32,000 nt of DNA from Nitrososphaera viennensis EN76 (GTDB taxonomy: Archaea; Thermoproteota; Nitrososphaeria; Nitrososphaerales; Nitrososphaeraceae). How positions within the stretch are numbered: the stretch's first letter is position 1; every line of letters starts with the position of its first letter. Both the position numbers and the translations under genes were made by a program. Location: positions 450,001-482,000 of the forward strand of contig NZ_CP007536.1 of assembly GCF_000698785.1 (NCBI RefSeq), written 5' to 3'. Shown here piece by piece: positions 14,533 to 22,820 of this stretch. The notes under the pieces were generated by a model. That model saw only the letters and a program-made list of their open reading frames with translations, was not told where the DNA came from and made no database searches.

Positions 14533-15390
14533 TTATTCCGCCGCCGGCCTGCCCAAAAGCTCTATGATCCCGTACATGCGCCTGTACGACGCGTCGAGGT
14601 CTGCCTGCTTTTGCAGCCTTTTCTTGGTCTTTGTCAGCCGTGCCTCAAGCAAGGAGCCTTTGGCTGATGCAAGCGCGCCTGCTTCCTTCATGTACTGGCG
14701 CATGTACCTTTGGGCGTGCGGGTTGTCGCGTATGAGCGCCGCTATGAGTTCCGGCTCGTCGGTCATGACGCTCTGGGCAAGCATGGACTGGATTGCAAAG
14801 GTGGTCCCGCCGACTTCGTTGAGGGTTGCAAGGTCTTCGCGCGCAAGCATGCCTGCAAAGGCCACGTTGGAAAAGTACGTCAGGCCAAGGACGGCGGCTA
14901 TAGCCCTGTCGTGTGTGCGGGCGTCAGGCAGCACCTTGACTGACATGCCTGCAAAAACGTTGTTTATCGCGCCAAGTTCCTTTTCTTTATTGCGCACCGG
15001 GACTGCAAGCATCTTTAGCTGCTTTTTCTCGCCTGCGCCCGGCCCGAACATTGGATGGATGCACAGCGCAACGATGTCCTTTTGCGTCTTTTTTAGCGCA
15101 GGAAGCGCCTTGGCCTTGATGGACGATATCTCTGCAAGCAAGGCGCCCTGCTTCCTCATTGCTTTGGCGCACTGCTTTATCACGGCAGGCGTGTGCTTCA
15201 CCGGGACGCACACCATTACAAGGTCCGCGTTTTTCACGCAATCTGCAATGTTTCTGGCATTTTTGACATTTTTTATCTCAAAAGGCTTGACGTCAAAGGC
15301 ACTGACCTCGTTGTTATTGCTCTGCCTTGCAAAGTAGCCGCAGAACCATGTGCCCATCTTGCCTGCAGCGCCGATGATTGCGACCTGCAT
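14533..15390 (-). CDS. tyrA: Prephenate/arogenate dehydrogenase
   Basis: It has an N-terminal Rossmann motif (VAIIGAAGKMG) and the HPMFGP motif. ATG 15390 lies 5 nt after the upstream gene's stop. The track's longer Arg/Gly-rich extension to 15465 overlaps that gene and is unlikely. Confidence 0.85.
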   Translation of the reverse strand: MQVAIIGAAGKMGTWFCGYFARQSNNNEVSAFDVKPFEIKNVKNARNIADCVKNADLVMVCVPVKHTPAVIKQCAKAMRKQGALLAEISSIKAKALPALKKTQKDIVALCIHPMFGPGAGEKKQLKMLAVPVRNKEKELGAINNVFAGMSVKVLPDARTHDRAIAAVLGLTYFSNVAFAGMLAREDLATLNEVGGTTFAIQSMLAQSVMTDEPELIAALIRDNPHAQRYMRQYMKEAGALASAKGSLLEARLTKTKKRLQKQADLDASYRRMYGIIELLGRPAAE

Positions 15391-15395
15391 TCCCA

Positions 15396-16790
15396 CTACT
15401 GCGCCTTCCTCAACTCGTCGGCCATCACGGCAAGCCCCTCTGCCATCTCTTCCTCGCCCCTGCATGCAGATATCCTGACAAAGCGCCTGTACGAGTCGCC
15501 AAAGCCGCTTCCCGGGGCTATGGCCACGCCCCTCTCAAGCAGCCTTTCAACCAGCTGCATGTCTTCGCCACCGCCGTCTGGAAGCTCGGGATAGACGTAC
15601 ATGGCGCCGTCCGGCTCGACAAACCGTAGAGACATCTCTTTCATCTTGCCTGACAGAAAGCGCAGGCGCTTTTTCATCAGTTCCACGTTTCCTGACGGGT
15701 CTGCGCCAAGGGCGGCAAGGGCAGCATGCTGCACCGGCTCGGCGACGCTTGTCACGCCTACCGCCTGGACCTTTGCCATCTTCTTTATCGAATCCGCGCT
15801 TGCGATTGCATAGCCGACCCTAAAGCCTGTCATCGCATACGTCTTTGAAAATGACGACACGATTATGCTCTTGTCATAGCCGTACGAGTGCACGCTTTCA
15901 AACGGCCGAAACGAATAGCCTGAATACACTTCGTCGCTGAGCAGGTACAGCCCGCGGTCTTTTGCCAGCGCGACTATCCTGTCCATCGTCTTTTTGTCAA
16001 GGACTTTGCCAGTAGGATTGTTCGGGTAGTTTAGCGCGATCATCCTCGTCCCGCTTGTTATCATCGATTCCATCTCTTTCAGGTCGGGAGTCCAGCCACT
16101 TTCAAGCGTGGTTTTCAACACTTTTGTCCTTGCGCCGATAAAGTCGGCGCATTCCCTGTACGCCGGCCACGCCGGCTCGATTGTTATTATTTCCTCGCCG
16201 GGCCTCACAAGCGATGCGACCGCGGAAAAGACGGCAAAGCGCCCGCCGGGCGTGACCATCACCCTTTCCTCAGATACCTCGCTCTTTTTCGCTATCGCTT
16301 CTCGTAGCTGCGGTATCCCGCGGGTGTCTGTATAGTGGTATCTCTTTTGCGTAAATGACTCTGCAAGTGCGCTTCCGGCCTGCGCAGGTGCCGGGTAGTC
16401 GGGCTCGCCCACTTCAAGGTGGATTATGCGCTTGCCCGACGCCTCTAGCTGCTTGGCCTTTTGAAAGATGCCGAGGTGGGTCTGCCTTGGCGCCTTGTTT
16501 TTTTGCGGGCGCTTTAGCGCCTGCACGGTCTCGGATTCTGCAAGCAGCATGTTGAGCAGGCGCAGCGCAAATTCCCTGCTCATGCCGCTTTGCTCGGCCT
16601 GCTTTATGACCATCAGCCGGATCTCCCGCTCTACCTTTTCGTCCTTGACGTCTATTCCAAGCCTGTTTTTTACTTCTCCCACCTGCTCTGCCAGGGCCAT
16701 CCTCTCCTGCACCCTCTTCAGTATGTCTGAAGTCACGGCGCGGATCTGGCCCCGCAGGGCCTCTAGCTCTTTTTCTCCAGACGCCGTCAA
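15396..16790 (-). CDS. Fusion of an AroQ-type chorismate mutase (N-terminal ~95 aa) with a class I PLP aminotransferase
   Basis: The CM helix pattern is ELEALRGQIRAVTSDILKRVQERMALAEQVGEVK...EREI, and the aminotransferase has GEPDYP, NYPNNPTG and the PLP-lysine motif SFSKTYAMTGFRVGY. The TTG start is required to keep CM helix 1. Confidence 0.9.
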   Translation of the reverse strand: MTASGEKELEALRGQIRAVTSDILKRVQERMALAEQVGEVKNRLGIDVKDEKVEREIRLMVIKQAEQSGMSREFALRLLNMLLAESETVQALKRPQKNKAPRQTHLGIFQKAKQLEASGKRIIHLEVGEPDYPAPAQAGSALAESFTQKRYHYTDTRGIPQLREAIAKKSEVSEERVMVTPGGRFAVFSAVASLVRPGEEIITIEPAWPAYRECADFIGARTKVLKTTLESGWTPDLKEMESMITSGTRMIALNYPNNPTGKVLDKKTMDRIVALAKDRGLYLLSDEVYSGYSFRPFESVHSYGYDKSIIVSSFSKTYAMTGFRVGYAIASADSIKKMAKVQAVGVTSVAEPVQHAALAALGADPSGNVELMKKRLRFLSGKMKEMSLRFVEPDGAMYVYPELPDGGGEDMQLVERLLERGVAIAPGSGFGDSYRRFVRISACRGEEEMAEGLAVMADELRKAQ

Positions 16791-16796
16791 TGTCAG

Positions 16797-17912
16797 TCAG
16801 GCGCTCCCTTTCTTCTTCAGGACAGGAGGAATGAGCCCGGCGCGTATTGCGTGATCGGCAAGCACCATCGAGACGACGCACTCGACTATCGGAGGCGCCC
16901 TTGGCACAACGCACGGGTCGTGCCTGCCCGGAACGGCCAGCTTGGCCTGCGACTTGCTTGACACGTCAAGTGTCTCCTGCGTCTTGGCTATCGACGCCGC
17001 GGGCTTGAATGCTACGCGGACTATTAGCGGCATGCCGTTTGACAGGCCGCCGAGTATGCCTCCCGAGTTGTTGGTCCTGGTCACTATTTTTCCGTCCTTC
17101 ATCATGTAGTATGCGTCATTGTTTTCAGAGCCGCGCCTCTTTGATCCTTCAAAGCCAGAGCCAAACTCGACTGCCTTGACGGCGGGGATTCCAAAGAGCG
17201 CCTTGCTAAGGTCGGCCTCAAGGGACGCATATATCGGCTCTCCAAGCCCCACCGGCAGGCTTGACGTCGTGCATTCTACGATGCCTCCAAGCGAGTCTCC
17301 GTCCCTTCTTGCCGCCAAGATGGCGTCGCGCATCTTTTCAGCCGCCGCCGGGTCCGGGCACCGGACGTCGTTGTCGTAGCGCTGAGCAATGTTTTCCGCA
17401 GTAATGCTGTCGGCCTTTATCCCTCCAATTTCCGACGTATAGGCGACAATTTCGATGCCAAGCGTTTCTTGCAGAAGTTTCTGCGCCACTGCGCCGCCCA
17501 TCACAAGCGCTGCAGTGAGCCTGCCTGAAAAGCGCCCGCTGCCGCGATAGTCTGCAAAGCCGCCGTACTTGACCATTGCAGGGTAGTCGGCGTGGCCCGG
17601 CCGCGGGATGTGCTTTATCGCCTCATAGGCGCGCGAGTCGGCGTCCTTGTTCCATATCAGCATGCATATCGGCGCACCCGTGGTAAAGCCGTTGAAAACG
17701 CCAGAGAGTATCTCGACCCTGTCCTCTTCCTTGCGCTGGGTGGTGACCGCGGACTGGCCGGGCTTGCGCCTGTCAAGCTGGCCCTGTATGTCCTCCTCTG
17801 AAAGCTGGAGCCCCGCCGGGCAGCCGTCGACCAGCATCCCTACGCAGCGGCCGTGGCTCTCGCCAAAACTCATGGCGACAAAGCGCTCGCCGATAATGTT
17901 ACCACCGCTCAT
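16797..17912 (-). CDS. aroC: Chorismate synthase
   Basis: It has FGESHG, RPGHADY and GRHDPCVVPRA signatures. The start is ATG. Confidence 0.95.
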   Translation of the reverse strand: MSGGNIIGERFVAMSFGESHGRCVGMLVDGCPAGLQLSEEDIQGQLDRRKPGQSAVTTQRKEEDRVEILSGVFNGFTTGAPICMLIWNKDADSRAYEAIKHIPRPGHADYPAMVKYGGFADYRGSGRFSGRLTAALVMGGAVAQKLLQETLGIEIVAYTSEIGGIKADSITAENIAQRYDNDVRCPDPAAAEKMRDAILAARRDGDSLGGIVECTTSSLPVGLGEPIYASLEADLSKALFGIPAVKAVEFGSGFEGSKRRGSENNDAYYMMKDGKIVTRTNNSGGILGGLSNGMPLIVRVAFKPAASIAKTQETLDVSSKSQAKLAVPGRHDPCVVPRAPPIVECVVSMVLADHAIRAGLIPPVLKKKGSA

Positions 17913-17964
17913 AGTTATATTACAGTAGTATGCTGGCTTGCGCTCGGTATATTGGCTTTTTGGA

Positions 17965-19263
17965 TTACCTGGCCGGCGACAGCCTTGCCCCGAGGCCCTT
18001 CATGTCCTGCACAAAGTGCGGGTACGAGACGTCCACCGACTCGGCCCCTTCAACCACCGACTTCTCTGTCATCATGGACGCGATTGAAAATGCCATGAAG
18101 AGGCGGTGGTCGTTGTAGGCCTCAAGCGACGCGTTTTTCAGCTTTTTCGGCGCGGCGATGGTCAGTCCGTCGTGGAACTCGTCCACCTTGGCTCCAAACT
18201 TGGCAAGCTCGTGCGCGATGTTTGCTACCCTGTCGGTTTCCTTGACGCGGGCGTGCGCAACGCCGGTTATCTTTACCGGCGACCTTGCCTTGAGCGCAAG
18301 TATAGAAACCACCGGCAGGAGGTCCGGCGTGTCTGCGAGGTTGAACTCGCCTCCTTCAAGCGATTCTGTGCCTTCTACGACGACCTCGCCTCTTGACCTG
18401 TCCGCCTTTATGGCGCAGTCCATCTGCTTCATTATCTCGACTATCTGCGAGTCGCCCTGCGGCAGGTTGAAGTTGAGCCCCTTTACCTTCAGCCGCTTGC
18501 CGACAAGCGCGCCCGCAGACAGTATGAGCGCGGCGGTGGAAAAGTCGCTGGGCACGTCAAACTCGGTCGGCTTGTATTCTGCCTGCATGATGTGGTATTC
18601 AAGCATGCTTGGCTCATGGTCTATCTTTACCCCAAACTGCTCCATGGTCGCCATCGTCGCCCTGACGTACGGCTTGGACACCAGGTCGCCCTTGATCTTT
18701 AGCACGATTTCAGAATCGGCGTAAATGCCGGCGATGAGAAGGCCGGATATGAACTGGCTTGATATGCTGCCGTCGATTACCGTCGTCCCGCCCTTTATCC
18801 CGCCTCCCCTGACTACGAGGGGAGGAGTCCCGTTGCCCTTTGTGGAATAGGCCTCCACGCCAAGCGGGCCGAGGGCGTCAAGTATCGGCTGCATCGGGCG
18901 CCTCCGGAGGCTCTCGTCGCCCGTGAGGATGACGTGGCCGCTCCTGACAAGGCCGGACATGGCAGTCATTATCCTGATGGTTGTCCCCGAGTTTTCGCAG
19001 TTGAGCACGTTTTCAGGCGGCGGAAAATCGTGCCTCCCCTGCACCTGCACGACGCCGCGCTTTCCCTCTTGCACCTCTGCCCCAAGTGCCCTGCAGCAGG
19101 CAAGCGTGGCAAGCGTGTCCCTGGCAAGCAGCCCGTTTGTTATTCTCGACTGGCCGTCGGCAGCAAGCGACGCTATTGCAAGGGCGCGGTGGGTGTAGCT
19201 CTTGCTTGAAGGGCACCTGACAGTCCCGTCCACCTTTGAGCGCCGGACCTGTATCTTGACCAT
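17965..19263 (-). CDS. aroA: 3-phosphoshikimate 1-carboxyvinyltransferase (EPSP synthase)
   Basis: It has PSSKSYTHRAL, NCENSGTTIRIM and ETDRV signatures in a 432-aa protein. Confidence 0.95.
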   Translation of the reverse strand: MVKIQVRRSKVDGTVRCPSSKSYTHRALAIASLAADGQSRITNGLLARDTLATLACCRALGAEVQEGKRGVVQVQGRHDFPPPENVLNCENSGTTIRIMTAMSGLVRSGHVILTGDESLRRRPMQPILDALGPLGVEAYSTKGNGTPPLVVRGGGIKGGTTVIDGSISSQFISGLLIAGIYADSEIVLKIKGDLVSKPYVRATMATMEQFGVKIDHEPSMLEYHIMQAEYKPTEFDVPSDFSTAALILSAGALVGKRLKVKGLNFNLPQGDSQIVEIMKQMDCAIKADRSRGEVVVEGTESLEGGEFNLADTPDLLPVVSILALKARSPVKITGVAHARVKETDRVANIAHELAKFGAKVDEFHDGLTIAAPKKLKNASLEAYNDHRLFMAFSIASMMTEKSVVEGAESVDVSYPHFVQDMKGLGARLSPAR

Positions 19264-19265
19264 TT

Positions 19266-20126
19266 TTACAGGACTTCCACACTTGCCTTCTGGTTATTAA
19301 CCTTAGACACGAGCACCCTGCCGTTGAATTTTGAAAATGCGTTCTTGATATCCTCCACCTCGTCGTCGTACGCCACCGCTGCTATCGAAGGCCCGTTCCC
19401 GGACACGCCGGCGGCAAGCGCGCCCTGCTCAAGGGCTGCAAGGACCGGTCTGTAGCTTGTGCCAAGCGCGGTGGAGGCAAGGACGCCGTTGAGCTTCATG
19501 GCCTTCCAGTATTCGCCCCCTTCTGCAAGCTTGAACGCGTCAGTAAATAAATCGGAAAGGTCGCTCAGTTTGTGCACGTCTCCCCGCGGCGTGTTGCGGG
19601 GCAGAAATATCACCGCGTGTAGGTTGTCCGGCGCATCCTCCCTCCTCAGCAGTTTTCTTGAATAGTTGTCTGTCACCACGAACCCGCCAAAGTAGCATGC
19701 CGTGGCGTCGTCGTACGCGCCTGTTATCGTGACCTTGGCGTCAAGCGACGCCCTTACCGCCGCGTCAAGGACGGCATAGTCGTCTATTTTTTCGCTTGCA
19801 AGCCGGCTGCACGCAAGCGCTACTGCGTTTGACACGGCGCTGGAGCTTTTCAGCCCAAAGCCTATCGGGATCTCTGACCTGAGCTTTACTATCAGCTGGT
19901 TGCGCTCAAGCGTGTCTGGAGGCAGCGTGTTTTTAATGATGTTGTTGACAAGCCTGTCGTCGTTCTTGCCCGTCAGGAACCTAAGCCCCCTGCCCCTTGT
20001 CATCTCTACCTCCGCCGTGACCTTGAGCGAAATGCCAAGTGCCGAGCCGTTGCCAGTCGCTATGGCGTTTACTATGGACACCGCGCCGTGCATGGTTGCC
20101 CTGACTTTTGCTGCTGTCGTCGTCAT
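19266..20126 (-). CDS. aroK: Archaeal GHMP-family shikimate kinase
   Basis: It has the GHMP motif PIGFGLKSSSAVSNA. ATG 20126 forms an ATGA overlap with the aroE stop. The track's longer start (20195) overlaps aroE by 73 bp and is unlikely. Confidence 0.85.
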   Translation of the reverse strand: MTTTAAKVRATMHGAVSIVNAIATGNGSALGISLKVTAEVEMTRGRGLRFLTGKNDDRLVNNIIKNTLPPDTLERNQLIVKLRSEIPIGFGLKSSSAVSNAVALACSRLASEKIDDYAVLDAAVRASLDAKVTITGAYDDATACYFGGFVVTDNYSRKLLRREDAPDNLHAVIFLPRNTPRGDVHKLSDLSDLFTDAFKLAEGGEYWKAMKLNGVLASTALGTSYRPVLAALEQGALAAGVSGNGPSIAAVAYDDEVEDIKNAFSKFNGRVLVSKVNNQKASVEVL

Positions 20127-20977
20127 GTCGGCTCTCCAAATATCCCGAGCAGGTTCTTTTTCATCACATCCCGGGGCGCCGGCAGGCCGGTCCATATCTC
20201 AAACGCCTTTGCGCCCTGCTCAAGAAGCATCTCGTACCCATAGACCAGGTGCGCCTGTGCAAACTTGGCCTGCTCCAGGAGGTCCGTCACGACTGGCCGG
20301 TACACGATGTCGTAAACGAAGCTTCCCTTTTTAATGTGATCAGAGTCTATGGGGCTTGGCTCGTTGTCAAGCCCGATAGAGGTGGCGTTTACTATCAGCC
20401 CTGCCTCTGGCGAGACTTTCGTCGCGTCCTCGAATGCAATGGCCTCGCATTGCAGCCCAAGGTTTCCACCTACCTTGGCAAGCTCTTTGGCCTTGGCCTG
20501 GTCGCGGTTTGCTATTACCACCCTGCTGCCTGTGGTCTTTTCTTCTGACAGCGCCGCAATTATCGCCCGGGCGGCCCCGCCTGCCCCCAGGAGCAGGACT
20601 GTGGTGCAGAAGTCGAACTTGCGCCGGCGCAAGGGCTCGATAAAGCCGGCGATGTCGGTGTTGTACCCCTTGAATATTCCCTCGATGTTGTTGACAGTGT
20701 TTACCGCCCCTGCCTTTTTTGCGGTGGCGTCCAGTTCGTCCAGATACTCCATCACCGCCACCTTGTGCGGGATGGTGACGTTAAAGCCGGCGACGTTTAT
20801 CGCCCGGAGCGAGTCTATCGACTCTTTCAGCTCTGGCGCAGGCACGCGGAATGAAATGTAGGTGCAGTTCAGGCCGAGCGCGGAAAACGCGGCGTTTTGC
20901 ATGCCCGGCGACAGCGAATGGCTTATCGGATCGCCGATTATGCAGTAGGTCTTGGCAGGCGCCCTTTCCCCCACCAT
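20123..20977 (-). CDS. aroE: Shikimate 5-dehydrogenase
   Basis: It has IIGDPISHSLSPGMQNAAF, an NVTIPHK-type stretch, and the LLLGAGGAARA Rossmann motif. Confidence 0.9.
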   Translation of the reverse strand: MVGERAPAKTYCIIGDPISHSLSPGMQNAAFSALGLNCTYISFRVPAPELKESIDSLRAINVAGFNVTIPHKVAVMEYLDELDATAKKAGAVNTVNNIEGIFKGYNTDIAGFIEPLRRRKFDFCTTVLLLGAGGAARAIIAALSEEKTTGSRVVIANRDQAKAKELAKVGGNLGLQCEAIAFEDATKVSPEAGLIVNATSIGLDNEPSPIDSDHIKKGSFVYDIVYRPVVTDLLEQAKFAQAHLVYGYEMLLEQGAKAFEIWTGLPAPRDVMKKNLLGIFGEPT

Positions 20978-20981
20978 CTGG

Positions 20982-21662
20982 CTAGCGACTCCTTATGCTG
21001 CCGTACAGCTGCTTCATCTGCGCTATCGTCAGTTGCCCCGGCGCCACCGCCTTTTCCACCGCGGCGTACGTGTAAGGGGCGCCGTACAGAGCGCACAGCA
21101 CCCTTGTCATGACGCCGGCCTCGCCCATTGCAAATATTATCGGGTGAAGGCCAATTGCGCTTTCATAGAGCGACATCAACCGCACCGAGTCCTCGACGCT
21201 TCTGGCAGTCGTGACAACCTTGACATAGTTGCTATAGAGGCGCATTTCCATGATTATGTCGGCAAGCTCGTCATTTGGCGGCGTCTTTTCAAAATCGTGC
21301 CACGAGACGAGCGTCGGGATGCTTGCAAGCTCCAAATAGTCTGCCAGGTTGTCGTTTGCCTGCAGGGTTTCAAGCTCAACGTCAATTAGCATCGGCCTCT
21401 TTTCTGCAAGCTTGCGAAGCAGTCTTACGCGCTCTTCTTCGGTGCCGGAAAACCTGCCACCCTGGCTCTTTGAGCGCAGCGTGAAAACTGCGCGGTCCTT
21501 GTCTATCCCGTCTGCGGCTTGCATCACCTGTTCTGGAGTAACAATAAAGTCGAGGCGAGCCTCGACAAAATCTGCCCCGAGGTCAAATGCATTTTTTGCT
21601 TGCGCTACAAGGTCGTTTGCGTTTTCCGCCGCAATGGAGGCGCAGATCTTGGCCAACGGCAT
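20982..21662 (-). CDS. aroD: 3-dehydroquinate dehydratase, type I
   Basis: It has ADFVEARLD, SWHDFEKTP and FAMGEAGVMTRV, which is the type I pattern, in a 226-aa protein. Confidence 0.9.
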   Translation of the reverse strand: MPLAKICASIAAENANDLVAQAKNAFDLGADFVEARLDFIVTPEQVMQAADGIDKDRAVFTLRSKSQGGRFSGTEEERVRLLRKLAEKRPMLIDVELETLQANDNLADYLELASIPTLVSWHDFEKTPPNDELADIIMEMRLYSNYVKVVTTARSVEDSVRLMSLYESAIGLHPIIFAMGEAGVMTRVLCALYGAPYTYAAVEKAVAPGQLTIAQMKQLYGSIRSR

Positions 21663-21689
21663 CCATCAGGCGTATGCCCCCTTATTTCT

Positions 21690-21833
21690 TTAGCTCACGC
21701 CTGCTGGAGGATGGCTTTGCTTGCTGTGCTCCATTTGCTTGTGCGATTCTAAAAGCTCCGGCGTCTGGAAAACCTTGCCGCACAGGTTGCACCTGTTCTC
21801 CGCTTTTCGGACAGACGAAGATGCGGTAGACAT
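21690..21833 (-). CDS. 47-aa classical C2H2 zinc-finger protein (not in the ORF track)
   Basis: My own translation is MSTASSSVRKAENRCNLCGKVFQTPELLESHKQMEHSKQSHPPAGVS, which fits C-x2-C-x3-F-x5-L-x2-H-x4-H exactly. The start is ATG with a TATA box 23-30 nt upstream, and the stop lies 27 nt before the aroD ATG. Confidence 0.6.
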   Translation of the reverse strand: MSTASSSVRKAENRCNLCGKVFQTPELLESHKQMEHSKQSHPPAGVS

Positions 21834-21855
21834 GCACTATAATTGCCGCTTCTGG

Positions 21856-21863
21856 TATTAAAG
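21856..21863 (-). promoter_or_regulatory. TATA box (CTTTAATA on the minus strand) for the C2H2 ORF and probably the aroD-tyrA operon
   Basis: Its spacing to ATG 21833 implies a leaderless transcript. It has the same CTTTA core as other promoters in the window. Confidence 0.45.
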
Positions 21864-21882
21864 ATTAGCAATGCAGGAATTT

Positions 21883-22374
21883 TTACCCTGTTGAGACGAC
21901 GGAAAATTCCTTTGTCAGGGTAGGGGTGATGCGTTCTACCGCGACAATATATTTTCCTTCGTTCAGGATTATTGGCACGCTGCCCATAGTTCTCATGCGC
22001 TCCTGCTCGTCGTTGTTGTATTTCGTGACATCGCCTATGTGCCTCACCTTGTAAAGGTCCACAAGCTCACACGAGACATTGGCAGGAAAATGACGGATTT
22101 CAAACCTCGACCAGACTGGCTGTTGTTGCTGCATCTGGCTGTCTGCCTTTGTTATGACCACCGACGGAAAGCCGGTGTCGCAGCCATAGCCTTCAACCTT
22201 GACGACAAAATCCACCGGCTCGCCAACCTTGTACGTCTCTTTGAGGCCCTCGATTGTTACGTTGACAAACGGCTCTTTTGCGGCGTTGCCCGGATTTGAG
22301 AGAAAAATGGCGGCTATGACGGACGCGACTCCCACTGCACAGGCCACAATCAACAGGTTTCGTGACGGCGGCAA
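21883..22374 (-). CDS. Hypothetical membrane-anchored extracytoplasmic protein (163 aa)
   Basis: An N-terminal anchor (RNLLIVACAVGVASVIAAIFL) is followed by a beta-rich domain. The start is TTG, and I recognise no motif. Confidence 0.55.
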   Translation of the reverse strand: MPPSRNLLIVACAVGVASVIAAIFLSNPGNAAKEPFVNVTIEGLKETYKVGEPVDFVVKVEGYGCDTGFPSVVITKADSQMQQQQPVWSRFEIRHFPANVSCELVDLYKVRHIGDVTKYNNDEQERMRTMGSVPIILNEGKYIVAVERITPTLTKEFSVVSTG

Positions 22375-22475
22375 CTATAGGTGCCATATGACGGCCCAAG
22401 AGAAAACCATACGCAACAGGACAATCCAGCGAGAGGATTTATTATGCCCCTCTGGTGCGGAGATAGGTGGTATAA

Positions 22476-22817
22476 ATGTCAAAGGAAGACCACATTTCCC
22501 GCATGAAGGCGCTTGGCTTTGACGGCGTGTCGATAGAGTCGTTTGAAAAGATGTGGGACCCACTTGCCGGCGACGGTTATGACATGTACGCGATGTACAC
22601 CGGCGCCGACGGCTCGGCACTTGAGGACAAGGCAGGGTGCGTCATCTGCTCGAAAAAGTCTTTTCCGCTCAGATGGGAAAAGGTCATAACGCCAAGCCAA
22701 GACAGCGCGGCCATATACACGGTCTGCACCGACTGCGACGCGGCGTACGTCGAGGCGGCAATAAGGCAAAAGGCGCTGGGTAGGCTGCTCAAAGAGCGCA
22801 ACACGCGCCCCAACTAG
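22476..22817 (+). CDS. Hypothetical 113-aa protein with a putative zinc ribbon (CVIC-x27-CTDC)
   Basis: It starts at ATG, with a TATA-like TTTATTAT 31-38 nt upstream. It is convergent with the methyltransferase gene, with the stops 3 bp apart. The segment between the Cys pairs contains no His or Asn, so an HNH nuclease is unlikely. Confidence 0.5.
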   Translation: MSKEDHISRMKALGFDGVSIESFEKMWDPLAGDGYDMYAMYTGADGSALEDKAGCVICSKKSFPLRWEKVITPSQDSAAIYTVCTDCDAAYVEAAIRQKALGRLLKERNTRPN

Positions 22818-22820
22818 CAG

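Noticed and set aside
14564-15337. A 257-aa plus-strand ORF antisense to tyrA. Similar long shadow ORFs occur at 12688-13425 (+), 11632-12291 (+), 25267-25878 (-), 16414-16914 (-), 20349-20861 (+) and 18158-18724 (+).
   Set aside because: Their Ser/Ala/Arg/Cys-rich junk-like composition is typical of antisense or off-frame ORFs in genes with GC-rich third positions. In every case the opposite or alternative frame encodes a protein with clear family motifs.
15391-15465. A 25-aa Arg/Gly-rich N-terminal extension of tyrA, and the analogous 23-aa extension of shikimate kinase (20127-20195).
   Set aside because: Both extensions overlap the upstream gene by ~70 bp and have a composition unlike the rest of the protein. 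The internal ATGs give tight operon junctions (a 5-nt gap and an ATGA overlap) and place the Rossmann motif or conserved N-terminus correctly.
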